Origin: the human T2T-CHM13v2.0 reference genome, Homo sapiens
Length of the DNA stretch: 64,000 nucleotides
Assembly (NCBI RefSeq): GCF_009914755.1
Contig: NC_060939.1
Direction: 5' to 3' (one strand)
Shown: in pieces, positions 28,048 through 46,137 of the stretch
How positions within the stretch are numbered: position 1 is the first letter of the stretch
Layout: each line of letters opens with the position of its first letter
Position numbers and translations under genes: made by a program
Notes under the pieces: generated by a model
Told to the model about the DNA's origin: nothing
Database searches by the model: none
The model's input: the letters and a program-made list of their open reading frames with translations, nothing else

Positions 28048-29927
28048 TAAGAGTTTAAAGTTCTGACAAGCCACTTTTGCCATCAACATCACTATTATTA
28101 TTGCCATTATTCTTAAATTAGAAATATTTTAATCCTTTTTACTGCTATTACTCTGATGATATGCCAAAGGTCATGCTCCTCAATTCTGCCTTATTTTCAC
28201 CTTTTCTCTATTTGGTTTTTCATAATCATTATTAAACCAGCTTAACAAAGTTGTTCTATTTAATCCAATATCTACTGGCTGAACAACTCAAAATTTCAGG
28301 TGGCAAAGAAACTGGAGATTAACCAATTGCCATTGCCAAATTATTGTAACAGCATGGAAACTGGCTGTTTCCAGACAGTAGGGCTCCAGAGGTTATCTGA
28401 GAAGCCTGAAATTTAAATATGCATTTTCTTTGAGACCCTCTGTTACCCCACCCTACTCTAATTGTAAAAAGAGTCCATTACAACATCATAGGAGCCTGAG
28501 GTGCTTAAGCTTTGTAATGCTAGAGTTCATCCACACTTGGGTTATGTGTTTAATCAGTAGCAACAACAATGTAAGTTACAAAATGTCAACATTTATTCTA
28601 GAACCCCTTTAGTAGATTACAAACTACACATAAATGCAGATAATTTTTCTTACCTATTAACTCTGCCTAACTACTAAAAGGAAGACAGTGAGGAGAAGGA
28701 AGAGGAAGAAGATATGTCAATATTTTTCAATAAAGACTTACTTGAGACCAGCCATGAGTAAGATTTCTGGGGGAAAGGTGCATGTAGAAATTTAATTCGA
28801 TGAAAAGTCTACCCTCTCTCCCCATTAGCTGTCAGACTACAGGGACTGTGTTTACTCTATTTCTCAAAAAAAGGTCAAGGGTAGATATTCAACACACATT
28901 TACTCATGAATGATTCTTAGTACACCCGTCTGGTCTAAGTACAAACTTTATGGAATACATTTTCTGAAAAAAAAAATCAAACAAGCCTAACCTGAATTGG
29001 ATCTTATGGAATAAAATTCATTAAATTATTTCAAAGCATGATAAATATCCTAGAAAGCTAATAACCCATTCCCTAAACTGCAACTAGAGAGAGCGCCCCT
29101 GCTGATTCCAAGTTCTAAATGATTACTCAGGGCCACAAGGCTCTTGGTCAGTGGACAGGTGACTAAGAATGTAGTAAGAGTGGAAACATTCATTTTCTTA
29201 ACTGTTGAAGACAAACTAAGACAGACACTTCCTATTATGTACTTGCTTCCTGACAAGTTAGATTTTCTTCTAGTGAATTGAAAACAAGCATGAAAAAGCA
29301 AAGTTAGCTGAAGGTGTGTCCCATGACATATTCTTTGTCAGAGCAGTCATTCATGATAGGAGAAATACAGGAAGTAGAGAAACAAATTCCAGGATATCAG
29401 ATGCAGGTTCCGGTTTAAAAGTATCATATTACCACCTCGAATGTGTAGGATGTGCTGGAAAACACAAAGTATGTACAAGATTTGTGACAAGGGAGAACCA
29501 CACTTGAAATACCTCATTATAAAGTTTTATTTTTTAAACAAAAGCATGACGGTATAAACCTCTTAGTAATTTGAACATAGCAAGTATATTTTTGCCTTAC
29601 AGCCTATAGCCTGTTCCTTCAGTTCTGAATCCCCCCAGTCTCCCAATCTCTTCCAAATCACCCAAGTCAGCAACTTCTTATACTCCAGATTTTTTTTGCC
29701 AACATAAAGCACGACCCAATCACTTTATCACATCACCCTTTAATTCTCTGCATAACACATCACTCTGATCATTTTTCTTGTTTATTTTTGTGTGTCTTGC
29801 TTCACCGGAAAGTAAGTTCTGTAAGAATAGGGATTTTTCACTGTCTTTTCATCATTTATCAACAATATAAGCACAAAGTAGGTGCTCAAATAGTAGTGTT
29901 ATATTTAACAAAGCAAATTTTCCTTAA

Positions 29928-30241
<314 letters not shown>

Positions 30242-30825
30242 TGATAAGTTTTATTTTTAAAGGCAGGATAAGTTTTAAAGGTTACATATGGCTTTCAACT
30301 ACAATTTATATGTGTGAAGTATTTCATATGAATGAATGATGGTTAGTGAAGGTGCCACGTTCCAAAGCTATTTCTAAAGGCATTTATTTAAAAGGCGTTT
30401 GACTTTTTTGCGGTACTTCCCCCACTCTACAGGTGTCTCAGTTTTATACTATCACCTCTCAGATGAAAAACAACAACCTAAATAGATATTTAAGATTATA
30501 AATTCTATAAGCATGGACAAAGCTTTCTGTTCCAGTCCCTGTAATGCCTAAGATAAATATGAGCAAAATAAGTATTAGCCAATTAGTTTTTCTAATAGGG
30601 TTTAAAAAAAAAGTAAAGGTAATTTGTATAACATAGGACTTGATTAAATAATCAATTAATTTACCGGAATAAAAACTTAATGGTAGGAAGTACTGATTTA
30701 AACTTGTTTTAGACGAGCCCTCTTTGGTCAGATTAAATGACTTACCAAACTAAAAATCCTGTCTGACCTTGGTACAAAGGTGCAGTTTACAGAATAGGCT
30801 AATGCCTATTTAATACAATAGCCTT

Positions 30826-31139
<314 letters not shown>

Positions 31140-31340
31140 TTAAAATTTAGTCATTTACCTAAAACACTTCTAACCTTCTTCAATAAATCCTCATGGGTCC
31201 AGCATGAATACACTTATATTTAAAGCCTCATCATTCCATAAAAACAGAGATCCAAGATGATCCAAGCTGTACATCCTTTCACTTGTCCAAGATTATCTTT
31301 CAAGCTACAAATCTTAATATTCTAGAATTTGGTGAGAAAC

Positions 31341-31733
31341 TGTCTTAGTCTGTTTTCTGTTGCTTAGAACAGAATACCTGAAACTGGGTAATTTAAGAAA
31401 TTTTTTTACATACATGGAGGCTGAGAAGTTCAAGGTCAAGGGGCCGTAGCTGGTCAGGGCCTTCTGCAAAGTCCTGAGGTGGCCCAGGACATCACACGTG
31501 GTGAGGGGGCTGAGTATGCTGGCTCACGTCTCTCTGCCTCTTCTTATAAAGCCACCAGTCCCATTCCCATGAAAACCCATTAATCCATTAATCCATGAAT
31601 GGATTAATCCATTCATGAGGGTAGAGCCCTCATGACCCAATCACCTCTTAAAGGCCCCATCTCTCAATACGGCCACATTGGGGATTCAGTTTCAACATGA
31701 GTTTTAGAAAGGACAAACATTCTAACCATAGCA
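31341..31733 (-). mobile_element. MaLR solo LTR (MST/MLT1A-like)
   Basis: TG...CA ends; taatccattcatgaggg...agccctcatgacccaatcacctcttaaaggcccc motif. Confidence 0.8.
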
Positions 31734-33231
31734 GGAGTTCCCTATTTCCATTAAGACAAATTTCAGGATTTTAGAAATGATTGTTTCTGCTTTTGGTTTG
31801 TGCCTTTCCACAGTAACATTATTACAGCATTGTTCCAAACTATCTACACCAAATCAACAGTAACGATTTTAGCTGTCAGATAATTTACAGCCTGAGTATT
31901 TCAGGTATATATCTATCTCCATGTCACAGTTCAATGAACAAAATGCCAGCAGAATCAGGATATCAAGACATAAGAAAGTGTAGTTTAAAGGTCTTGCCAA
32001 AGCAATTAAACTTTGACCCTTGTTAACAATCAGCCATTACCATCTGACAGTGAAGAGCCAATGCAACATAGTTTTTATTGCCTACAGTTGCCCAAGGGAA
32101 CCTAGGTAAACATTTGATAAGCTCTATGGAGAGTATGTTTATTCTTCCACTTATTCATCATCTCAAGGCATTAAAAGGAGGGAGGGGCCAGCATATAAGA
32201 ATACATTTATTAGAACTGAAGAATGCATTACAAATTCCCAGGAAGAACCTTTTAACATTTTTTAATGTACTTCCTCATAATGACTTAATTCAAAACCAAA
32301 CAAAGTGTCATGTAAATTCTGGTACAGTTTCTAATTTTAGCAATCTCAAAATCAGCATGCTTTAGAGAAGTGATTCTAACAACTTTCTTCTCTTTACAAA
32401 TCTTCTGAAATCACACTTTGTCCTAACATCACAGTCTCTAGAGTATGGGACAACCTGGGTTTGAACGCAGGCTGTATCACACCTTGGGTGTGCTACTTTG
32501 GCTCAGTCAACCTTAATGTTCTCCTCTAAAATGTACCTAATATTCCCTGCTAGATGGGAAAGCTGTGAGGATATGCCATGTAAAGTGTTTAGCACAGTGC
32601 CTGGGGTATAGTAACTCAAATGTTAGTTGCCATTACCCATCATCATCAGATTCCCACAGTTAGTCCACAAACTAATACTTTCTTGGGAGACATACCTAAT
32701 GCTGTTTCCTCATTAGCTACATTGCACTGTGACACATTTGCCCCCAGCGTATCTGCTTAACTTCCTTATCACAGCTCACAAAAACTTTACTACCCTACTA
32801 ACCAAGATAAAGCATATTTTTACTAAACATTACCACTTCAGTCTTGGCAATAACCCGCTATGAAAAGCACCACTGAAGTTCAAAATAACTTTCTTCACTG
32901 GAATAACAGTACATATATTTACACAATATCCAAAGATTCAGAGGAGTCACTTAGAACTGATATTTTAGAGTAAATAAAAATCTAATTTAAAGAAAATGGT
33001 TACTGTATTTCCAATATTTTGTTACATGAACAATTCCAGTCCCTGAGCTTGAATAACCTAGAATTCACCTAATATTCTTCAAAATCAAATAGTTATGGCC
33101 ATAAATTCACAAGGAACTGTAAAGAGTACAAAGCCACATCTTTACCTCTTAGGTAGCTTACTAGCTGACAACGTGTTTCTCATTTGGGGACCCCTGAAAA
33201 TTATTTTTCCTTTTAAAAAAGCCTGTAACTC

Positions 33232-34003
33232 TTAAAAAAGATAAATAAAAAATAAGTGAGAACACACGGTGCTTGGTTTTCTGTTCCTGCATCAGTTTGT
33301 TGAGGATGATGGCTTCCTGCTCCATCCATGTCCCTGTAAAGGACATGATCTCATTCTTTTTTGTGGCTGCGTGGTGTTCCATGGTGTATATGTGCCGCAT
33401 TTTCTTTGTCCAGTCTACCACTGATGGCCATTTGGGTTGGTTCCATGTTTTTGCTATTGTGAACGGTGCTGCAGTGAATATATGCGTGCAAGTGTCTTTA
33501 TAACAGAATGATTTATATTCCTTTGGGTATGTACCCAGTAGTGGGATTGCTGGGTCGAATGGTAGGAGAACGTCATATAATTTCTACATGCCAAGAAATA
33601 GTATTCTTCTTTTCATTTGTTTTCCAGTCATTTAGAAATGTAAATATTATTCTGGGCTCTCAGGTTGTAGAAAAACAGGTAGCTAACCGTTTTGTGCTCT
33701 TGGGCCAGAGATTGCTGACTCCTGGTTTATAACGAGATGCTATGAGAATTAATGACTTAATCATTGTAGAATACATTTCTCTTTATGGAATAAAAAATGT
33801 TATGGATGCATAAGTAGCAGTAGGTATATAGATACGTATTAAATTAGCAAAAGATGCCCTTATAATGGTCAGATTCACAAATCATGCCACATCTACAAAG
33901 AGAAGACTGATACGACTTTTGCTAATGGAACTGGTTCTATATGTGCATTTCATTCTTCACAATAAACTCAAGAAACTGAAAAAATAAAATAAAATAAATA
34001 AAT
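33232..34003 (+). mobile_element. TSD-flanked retroposed insert containing an antisense L1PA fragment (33252-33565), a MER58 3' end and unique sequence
   Basis: Direct repeat AAGCCTGTAACTC at 33219-33231 and 34004-34016; AATAAA 33961-33966; A-rich tail 33979-34003. Confidence 0.7.
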
Positions 34004-34929
34004 AAGCCTGTAACTCAAATTAAAGTATAAGAAACACTGCTCTAATTGGAAAAGAAGAAATCACGGAAATGCCAATGTCGCCTGGGTGTTTGCCAACAGC
34101 TACTACCTCCCAGTTAGGACTCTTCACACACAAACGCCCCGAAGGACTCTGGCAATACAAGTGTGTAGCAAGTGCTTTTTAACATATAACCATCCTTTTA
34201 TGAGACAGCTGTCAGGATATGAAGTTTTATCCCTTGTTGGGGGGTCGGGGGAGGAGGAAAGGATTCTTTCCAGAACAGGTGTGCGTATGCGTGGGAGGGA
34301 GGAGCTGAATGGGGAGGAGGAAGAGGCACAGTATGGTTAACCGGAATGTTCAAGGAGTGCTCTGGCGACTGTGGACAGAGCAATCTGTCCAGGGCACTCA
34401 AGTGTTTAAGGAAATGACAAGTTCAGAGAGGCAAGGTGATTTGGGACCAGACTGAGGACTTCTGCTCCAAGACCAGGGGAAGGAGTTGAACCTTATTCTA
34501 CCGCTGAAGCTTCTGTTTTCCTTATTTTCAGATCAAGTGATGTGATAGAGGAAACGTTTTAAAAGATTTATCCGGGTGCAAAGTCCAGATGGGCTGGAGG
34601 GTGGAGAGACGGATAGGAACAACTTAGGTTACTATAAAAGTCCCTGATGAGATAAGGACCCAAACTAAGATGACATAAACATTCCTTTCAAAGAGGGTGT
34701 ACCCCTTAAAAATTCATAAGCCACCTTTTATTGAAAGTGAACTCATCACTTTCAAAATCTTGTGACATCTCCATCATATATTTAACCAAGAGTTATAATC
34801 TCACAGTTTGGTCACCCCCATGACCAAAACAAATAGACCGATGTTCTTGGTCAATGGATTATTTGGCTCCTCGAGTTGAAACCCTTCATTTTCTGGGCTG
34901 GTGACAGTCAGCCGGTTCTCCACACACAA

Positions 34930-35830
34930 AGGGCGTTAAGTGGAACCCCCGCCCCGGCTCCGCAGCGTCCCCGCGGATCTGCCCGCCTCGGGACGGCCAC
35001 TCGTCTGCGAGGCCCCGACAAAGAGCGCGGAACCTGAGCCTCTGGCGAAGATCCTATTTCGAGCCCGACGTCCTGCTACAGTCTGCAATAAGCGCTCTCC
35101 GTCCAGCCGGCGACTCCGGGGGGGGGGGAGACTGGGGCGCCTGGCACGGAGCCAGCCCGCGTGGGCCGAGCGCGGAGGCGCCGGCTGGAGGCCGTGGAGT
35201 CCCTGAAGGCCTCCCCTCGCTGTCCTCCGCGCCCAGGCTCCCGGCTTGGTCCGGCAGGGACCTCGCGAAGCGGCCTCACACCCGGCCCTCCCCTCGCCTC
35301 AGCCGCCTGAGGGCCCGCGCGCGGCCCCCGCGCGCCCGCCCAGGCCCAAGCCCGGCCCCCACGGGCGCCTCCGCCGCGGCCTCGCCCGGCCCCGCCGCCG
35401 GCCCCTCGCTCTGCCCGGCCCCGCTCACCCAGAAGATGAGGTTGAGAAAGACCAGCACGGTCTTGGAGGAGGTGATGCCGCACTGGCCCATGGCGCCGGT
35501 GGCCCGCGAAGGCCCGGCCCGGAGAGCGGGGCTGCGCTCACCGAGAGAGCGGCAATGGCGGCGGCGCCTCCTCGCTAGGAACTGCACGGCCTGCGCGGCG
35601 CTCCCCGCAGCCCCTGCGCCGTCGCGCAGCCCCGACCCCAGCAAGCGCCTCGCTCCTCCGCGCAGCCGCCGCAGTCCCCTCAGGGCTCCCGCGCCGCTCC
35701 CTGGCAACCGAGTCCCGCCCCACGCGGCCGGTAGCTTCAGCCAATCGCCTCTGCGGAGGCTGCAGTGAGGCCACGCCTCTTAAAGGAGCCAAGGCCTCAG
35801 CGCCTTTTCTTGGCCTCTGGCCGCCCTTGG
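34930..35830. promoter_or_regulatory. TSPAN3: CpG island / TSPAN3 promoter
   Basis: Very high GC and CpG. GC box 35714-35721, NF-Y AGCCAATCG 35739-35747, RFX-like half site CCCTGGCAAC ~35699-35708, YY1-like GCCGCCATT (minus) ~35554-35562. No TATA box. Confidence 0.9.
35429..35491 (-). CDS. TSPAN3: TSPAN3 exon 1 CDS (MGQCGITSSKTVLVFLNLIFW)
   Basis: Strong Kozak GCCATGG; donor TGG|GTGAGC; 63 nt. Confidence 0.97.
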
Positions 35831-37746
35831 ACGCAGATGGCTCCCTAGGGAGGTTCTGGTGGACCAAACCCACTCTCCTCCTATGACTATGCCACCCTTA
35901 TAGATGATTCAGAGCCCTCTGAGTGCTATCTTTCTACCTAGCCCATTCTCCCCTAGGAAGGTTGGAGACACTAATCTCTGCCTGACCAGATTCTCCTGAC
36001 CAGGTTAAAATCTTGGCAGCACTGTTGGTGAGAAGTGCAAAGAAAAACAACAAATACTTATGGAGAAACTTATTGTACCAGGCGCTGGGCTAGACCTCAG
36101 AAGAGTCAGAGAGGAGAAAAGGCTGGTGATGGCGTTAGCAAGGCAGAGACATGTTTGTGTGGGTGAGTGGTTGGGAACAAGTTCTATTCCAGGGTAGTAA
36201 GTTTTGGACCAAGATTCGCAACGATTACAGAAACATCTCTTTGCATTGCAACATTTCACATTCTTCCCCCAATCTTGAATCCGTCATAGCAATTAATTAT
36301 TGGGTGCTCACCCGGTGCCAGGCTCCATTAGTTCATTTAACCCCCACCACAACCCTGGATGGAAGGCACTATGGTTATCAGCCTCATTTTACTGATCGGG
36401 TAATTGAGGCTTAGAAAGGTTAAGAAGTTCGCCCAGAGCCACACATAGTAAGTGGTCTAGTGCAAAAAACACATCATCAGTCACACAATAAACTGCCTCT
36501 GTTTGCTGTCTTTCCTGCCATTATAATCCTGCACTCCCTCCTTGACCGCGCCCGTAAGGATTTCCATTTACTGGTCTTTATCAGCTCGCTCTCATGCAAT
36601 CTCCCCCACTCATCACCTTTCCCAGGCACTCTCAGAAGTACCTGTTAATCTCAGCATCCTGTGCATTTACACCAAGCAGCAGCAACAGCCATTTATTCAC
36701 TCATCAAACTTGCCGCGTGTCCCCTCTGGGCCTCACTGTTGTCGGTGGTGGATATTCCACTGTGAGCAAGACGTATCCTTCCTTCCATGGCTTACATTCG
36801 TTCGGGCAGAGGAGGCAGACCATAAACAAACGGGCAAGTGGGTATATGACATGAGGTAGTGTTAGGAAACAATTCAGAGGAAAGGAATAGAGTGATGAGA
36901 GGAGTCCTCTCTGAGGAGAGAACATTGGAGGGGACCCAAGGGAGGTGAGGGGAACAGCCCAAAGATGAGAGCAGCAAGGACAAAGGCCCAGAGACCGGAA
37001 CATGATCACTGTGCTGTAGGAAGGGGAACACAGAGAGCCTAGTGTGCTGGAGGTGAGCGAGGCCGGATCACCAACAGCCTACTACGCCAGGCACAAGCCT
37101 TTGAGCAGACCAGTAACACCATCTAAGTGTTTCAAGTGCCATTCTTGCCATACCATGGAGGTCCTAGTTAAAGAAAGAAAAATGATGGGCTCTCAAACAT
37201 GATTCCCTTTGAACATCTATCTTCTTGACGCCTCTGCCCTCTGTAAATTTCTCTGTCTGCTTTGCTCTGAGTGCTTTTCCTCCTTTTCCAAAACATCCCC
37301 TTTGCATTTCTTCATCCTCATCGTGTCCCTTCTCATTTCCCTGTGAAGGTCTCATCAAGTCCTTCTTGTGCCTTCTCCTTGAGTGGGTCTCAGACCCCCC
37401 CCCCCCCCACATTACAATCATCTGGGCCACACAGACAAACTCCATCAGATTCTCTGGGGGCGAGCCTCAGGGAATCAGGTGTTTTTCAAAAACACACCAG
37501 GTGATTCGAATATGCTGTTGGGGCTGCAAACCACAGTTCTGAGTTTACAAGCATGGTCATGCCTCTCCTATCCTAAAAAGAAAAGCCTCTCACTTAAACA
37601 CCATGTTTTACTTTTTCTTTCTTCTCTTAGCCAAAGTTCCTAAAAGAGTCATCTCATCCAGTGCTTCTCAGACTTTGCCTTGCGCACAGATCACCTGAGG
37701 ATGCAGACTCCAGGTGGTGGGGGTGCAGCTGGGCCCCTCTTTGTAG

Positions 37747-38085
<339 letters not shown>

Positions 38086-39464
38086 TCACTTTTTGACTCA
38101 CTGCCATGTGGCATCACCCCCACAGTGCCACCGATATCGCTCTTGTCAATGTTACCAGTGACTTATCTGCTACCCCTTCTCTGAGGTGGCATATATCATG
38201 GTTAAGAGCACAGGCTCGGGGACCAGGTAGCCTAGCTGGGTCCTCTCTCTGTGCCTCAGTATCCCCATCATAGGGAGAAAATGATGATGACATTACTTCC
38301 CTAATTATCATGTGATTGCTGTGAGAATTAAGTGCATTCATATACATATAGCTGTCAGAAAAGTACCTGGCACACAGGTGCTTTGTAATCACCGGAGTTT
38401 ACTGTTTCCGAGACCTAACCATATTTGGCTCCGTTGACTTCTTCGTACTCAGAACTCTGCCTTTCCTTAGCTTCCATAACACCATCATCTCTTAGTTCAC
38501 TGTCTGCCTTTGCAGCAGCACCTGTTCCTTGCACCCATTGGATGTTGGTGTCTCCCAGAGTTCTGGCTTAGGTCTTTTGATTTTCTCAACCAACCTGGGC
38601 CAGCTCACCCAGAGCACTGGATTCCGTTGCTATCCACGTGCAGGACTTTCCTGAACCTACAGCTTCAGCCCAGGTCTTTCTCTCAATTTCCTTTCCATGA
38701 ATCCGACTGCCTGCTGTGTTGCTCCAGGTGGATTCATTTATTGATTCAACACATTTATTGGTTACCTACTCTGTGCCTGACCCTATGCCACGTGGTGGGG
38801 GGTGGTTCTAGCAACATAGTGGTTAGACCTGGGTGTGTGATGGCCCCAGGGAGCTTGCAATCCAGAGCGGAGATTCAACGCTAATTATGAAATTATTTAT
38901 CTAATTGCAACTGGGATAAGCAATACAAAGGAGACCCTCAGGCTGCTGTGAGAGTTTATAACAGGGACCATACCATAACCTTGTATGGGGTTAACTTATA
39001 TGTGTGCCAGACCCGGCAGGTCCCAAACTGAACTCATAATTTCCCCTCAACCTGCCTCTCCTCTACCTGTGTTCCTTAGCTTCATGAATAGTCCACCCAT
39101 CCTTTTCCCTGGGCCAAGACTTGGATATTATGACCCACAGTCTCCCTCACTGACCCCTTCTACCCACCGAGAGGATCCTTCTTACTGGAAAATTAGCCTT
39201 CCTGGGTAACTCTTGGAACTCCAAATTCCTACTGCCCAGTGCTCAGGAAGTCTGATTTTACCTCCACTGACAAAGTTGCTAAGAGAGCAACTGAGGGCAT
39301 GAAGTCCCTCCCAAGGAAGCACAGACCCACTCTGTCTTGCTGCATCTGACAGTGGCACACCTGTCTGGGGATGATGGGAGGATGGAGCAATTGTGACTTC
39401 GCTTACTGACCCCTGGCCTGTAACTTGCCCTAATAAACTCTGTTCTTCAACCCGTACTGTGTGA

Positions 39465-39894
<430 letters not shown>

Positions 39895-39973
39895 TGGTTT
39901 GTGCCTTTCTTAAATCTGCTCTGTAGTATGATTTGGGCCATTGCAAATAATAATAATAATAACAATACCTGCT

Positions 39974-40467
39974 TGTGGCCATTTGTCTTTTTTTGCGCTA
40001 TCCTGCATTGGATCGCCCTGCCTGTTTGGGAAGATCCCCATTGTATGAATTTTGGGGGCACCCAGACTGGAGCCTGACAGTCTTTCTCCCTGCACTCAGG
40101 CAGCTAGAACATGGCCATGTGATAGATACTGGCAAGTCAGATGATCCTGCCCAGAAATCTGGACCTTCAGGGAGTGACGCAAAGACACAGGGACAGTAAA
40201 AGAGAGTATTTACGGTGGCAGTGCAGGCATTGAGTCTGGCAGCAGCGCCGACTGTGTGTGCCGGGGTGGCAGTGCCGGCAGCAGCCGCCTAACCACACCA
40301 TCCCTGTGGTTTGACCTTGGCTGAGATCCCTCCTACTAAACCTTCCACAGCTTCCAGCATTCCGAAGGATGCTGGAACTACCTAATGTTCTTACAATAAA
40401 TCCTTTCCTGCTCAAGGTAGCTGGAGTCTATTTCTGTAATTTCTCATCAAGAATCCTGACGAATACA
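39974..40467 (+). mobile_element. LTR33-like ERVL solo LTR
   Basis: TG...CA ends; agtgacgcaaagacacagggacagt, GGCAG-rich middle, caataaatcctttcctgct...aagaatcctgacgaataca. Confidence 0.7.
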
Positions 40468-41367
40468 ATGATTGTTATAGAAAAATCGGAAAATTCCAAA
40501 AAGTAGAAGAAAGAAAAATATTCATTTCTCTACATCCAGGAAAACAAAAAACAAAAAACAAAAAACTATGAACAGTTTCTCCCAGTCTTTTACTATGTAC
40601 ACGTTTCAATATAATTGTAGTTATGTGATTTTATAAAACTTTATATATTTTAACCTGATTGGAAAAGTGCTTTCTGCATTCAAAGTTGACATATATCCAT
40701 TATAGAAAATTTGAGTCTACAACAAGAACAACCCAGAGATAACTATTATTAATAATCTGGTGTATTTCCTTAAAACTTTTCTCTGCATTTTTATAGAATA
40801 CACTGATTACTCCGAATTTTTATGCATAGTGAACTGAGACATTTTAACAGTTCCTAGAGAAAAGATGACACAAAGAGACGCTGGGGATGGATAATACCTT
40901 CCATTTGCATCGTGTATTACTCTTTACCAATTAAAAAGCCTTAATAGATTCAGGCCTTTAAAGAGGCAGAAAATCATTATGCAAGTTTCTTGGCAGTGAA
41001 AATGCATATTGTGCTACCCCACACAACTCCACTTCTACTGACAAAATACAGAAGACCTTTGGTTCAGCTATTTTCCTGGCACCATGTCCCAAGCTCTTTA
41101 AAAGTCTGTCTCTTATTGGCAAGTGCTGGAATACAATAGGAGTCATTATTGTTTTTCGTGTCATCAAACATGGCAAAGATGTCGCATGAATTGCAGGATG
41201 AATTATGTAGCTTGGGAAACACTTTTCCAGGAACTGGGAAAGGAGTGGAACAGACACAGCTGACAGGCTGAGTCAGTGCGGTGGCAAAGAGCATGGGTCC
41301 TGGGACCAACTGCTGAGATTTCACTCTTGGTTCTTACTCCTCAGGTGACCTTAGCCAAGTTACTTTA

Positions 41368-41718
<351 letters not shown>

Positions 41719-42435
41719 TATATATATATATATTTATATATGTGTGTGTGTGTGTATATATATACACACATATACATATATGTGTACACGTATATACGTG
41801 TATATATACATATATACATATATGTGTATACGTATATACGTGTATATATACATATATACATATATGTGTATGTGTGTATATACATATATACATATATGTG
41901 TATGTGTGTATATACATATATACATATATGTGTATGTGTGTATATACATATATACATATATGTGTATGTGTGTATATACATATATACATATATGTGTATG
42001 TGTGTATATACATATATACATATATGTGTATGTGTGTATATACATATATACATATATGTGTATGTGTGTATATACATATATACATATATGTGTATGTGTG
42101 TATATACATATATACATATATGTGTATGTGTGTATATACATATATACATATATGTGTATGTGTGTATATACATATATACATATATGTGTATGTGTGTATA
42201 TACATATATACATATATGTGTATGTGTGTATATACATATATACATATATGTGTATGTGTGTATATACATATATACGTGTATGTGTATGTGTGTATATACA
42301 TATATATGTGTATGTGTATATGTGTATATATACATATATACATATATGTGTATGTGTATATATGTATATACGTGTATATATACATATATACATATACACA
42401 CACATTATATATATATTTATATATATATTTATATA

Positions 42436-42480
<45 letters not shown>
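41719..42480. repeat. TA/CA/TG microsatellite-derived 32-bp minisatellite
   Basis: 13 perfect copies of TATATACATATATACATATATGTGTATGTGTG (41845-42260) plus variant copies and (TA)n ends. Confidence 0.97.
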
Positions 42481-42482
<2 letters not shown>

Positions 42483-42487
42483 TAGTA

Positions 42488-42833
42488 TAGCAGTCCCCCT
42501 TATCCTCAGGGGTAAGTTGCAAGCTCCCCAGTGGGTGCCTGAAGCCAAGGACAGTACGGAGCCCTATGTCTACTGTGTTTTTCATCTAATTACCAAGAGG
42601 GCTACTGAGTGACCAATGGGTGAGTGGTGTATACAGCGAGGGTACACTGGACAAAGGGAGGATTCATGTCATGGGCAGGATGGCGAGAGATTTAATCATG
42701 CTACTCTGAATGGTGCAAAATTTAAAATGTATTGTTTACTTCTGGAATTTTCCAATTAACATTTTCAGCCCATAGTTTACCGTGAGTTTCTGAAACCATG
42801 GAAAGTGCGACTGCAGATAAGAGAGGACTGCTG
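42488..42833 (-). mobile_element. MER44A (Tigger7-derived MITE)
   Basis: TIR-like ends cagtcccccttatcc / gataagagaggactgctg; internal ctggacaaagggaggattcatgtc. Confidence 0.8.
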
Positions 42834-42878
42834 TGTTTTCTTCAAAATGGGGGTGGTGATAAGAATAATACCGATTTC

Positions 42879-43642
<764 letters not shown>

Positions 43643-43649
43643 CCTACTT

Positions 43650-45603
<1,954 letters not shown>

Positions 45604-45820
45604 TCCAGCCTGGGCTACAGAGTGAGACTCGGTCAAAAAAAAAAAAATCCTTCCTTGCAGGGATATAGACACTTTCAACAGCATCTCAGTTGAACTGCCT
45701 ACTAAAGCAAAAATTCTTCTGTAGAAAGACCACCTGACTTTAATGAATGGCCCTGTAACCTGAGGGGAGAAGGGAGAGAAAAGAAAGGCACTTTGGGATC
45801 CCTTAAAAGAGGAGGTGACC

Positions 45821-46137
45821 AGCCAAGCATGTTGGCTCATGCCTGTAATCCCAACACCTTGAGGCCAAGGTGGGCTGATCACTTGAGGTCAGGAGTTCGA
45901 GACCAGCCTGGCCAACATGGTGAAACCCTGTCTCTACTAAAAATACAAAAAAAAAAAAAAAAAATCTCTGGGCGTGGTGATGGGTGCCTGTAATCCTGGC
46001 TACTTGGGAGGCTGAGGCAGGAGAATCGCTTGAGGCAGGAGAACCTGGGACACGGAGGTTCCAGTGAGCTGAGATTGTGCCACTGTACTCCAGCCTGGGC
46101 AACAGAGCAAGACTCCATCTCGAAAAAGAAAAAGAAA
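45821..46137 (+). mobile_element. Alu (AluS) with a short internal duplication
   Basis: tgaggcaggagaa occurs twice in the right arm. Confidence 0.92.

Noticed and set aside
31594-31617. 24-bp perfect palindrome CATGAATGGATTAATCCATTCATG
   Set aside because: It lies within a MaLR LTR whose family typically carries this motif, so it is not locus-specific.
35492-35707. 72-codon in-frame open extension upstream of the TSPAN3 ATG (TTG/CTG starts)
   Set aside because: Stop-free frames are expected at this GC content, the near-cognate contexts are weak, and the ATG has an optimal Kozak.
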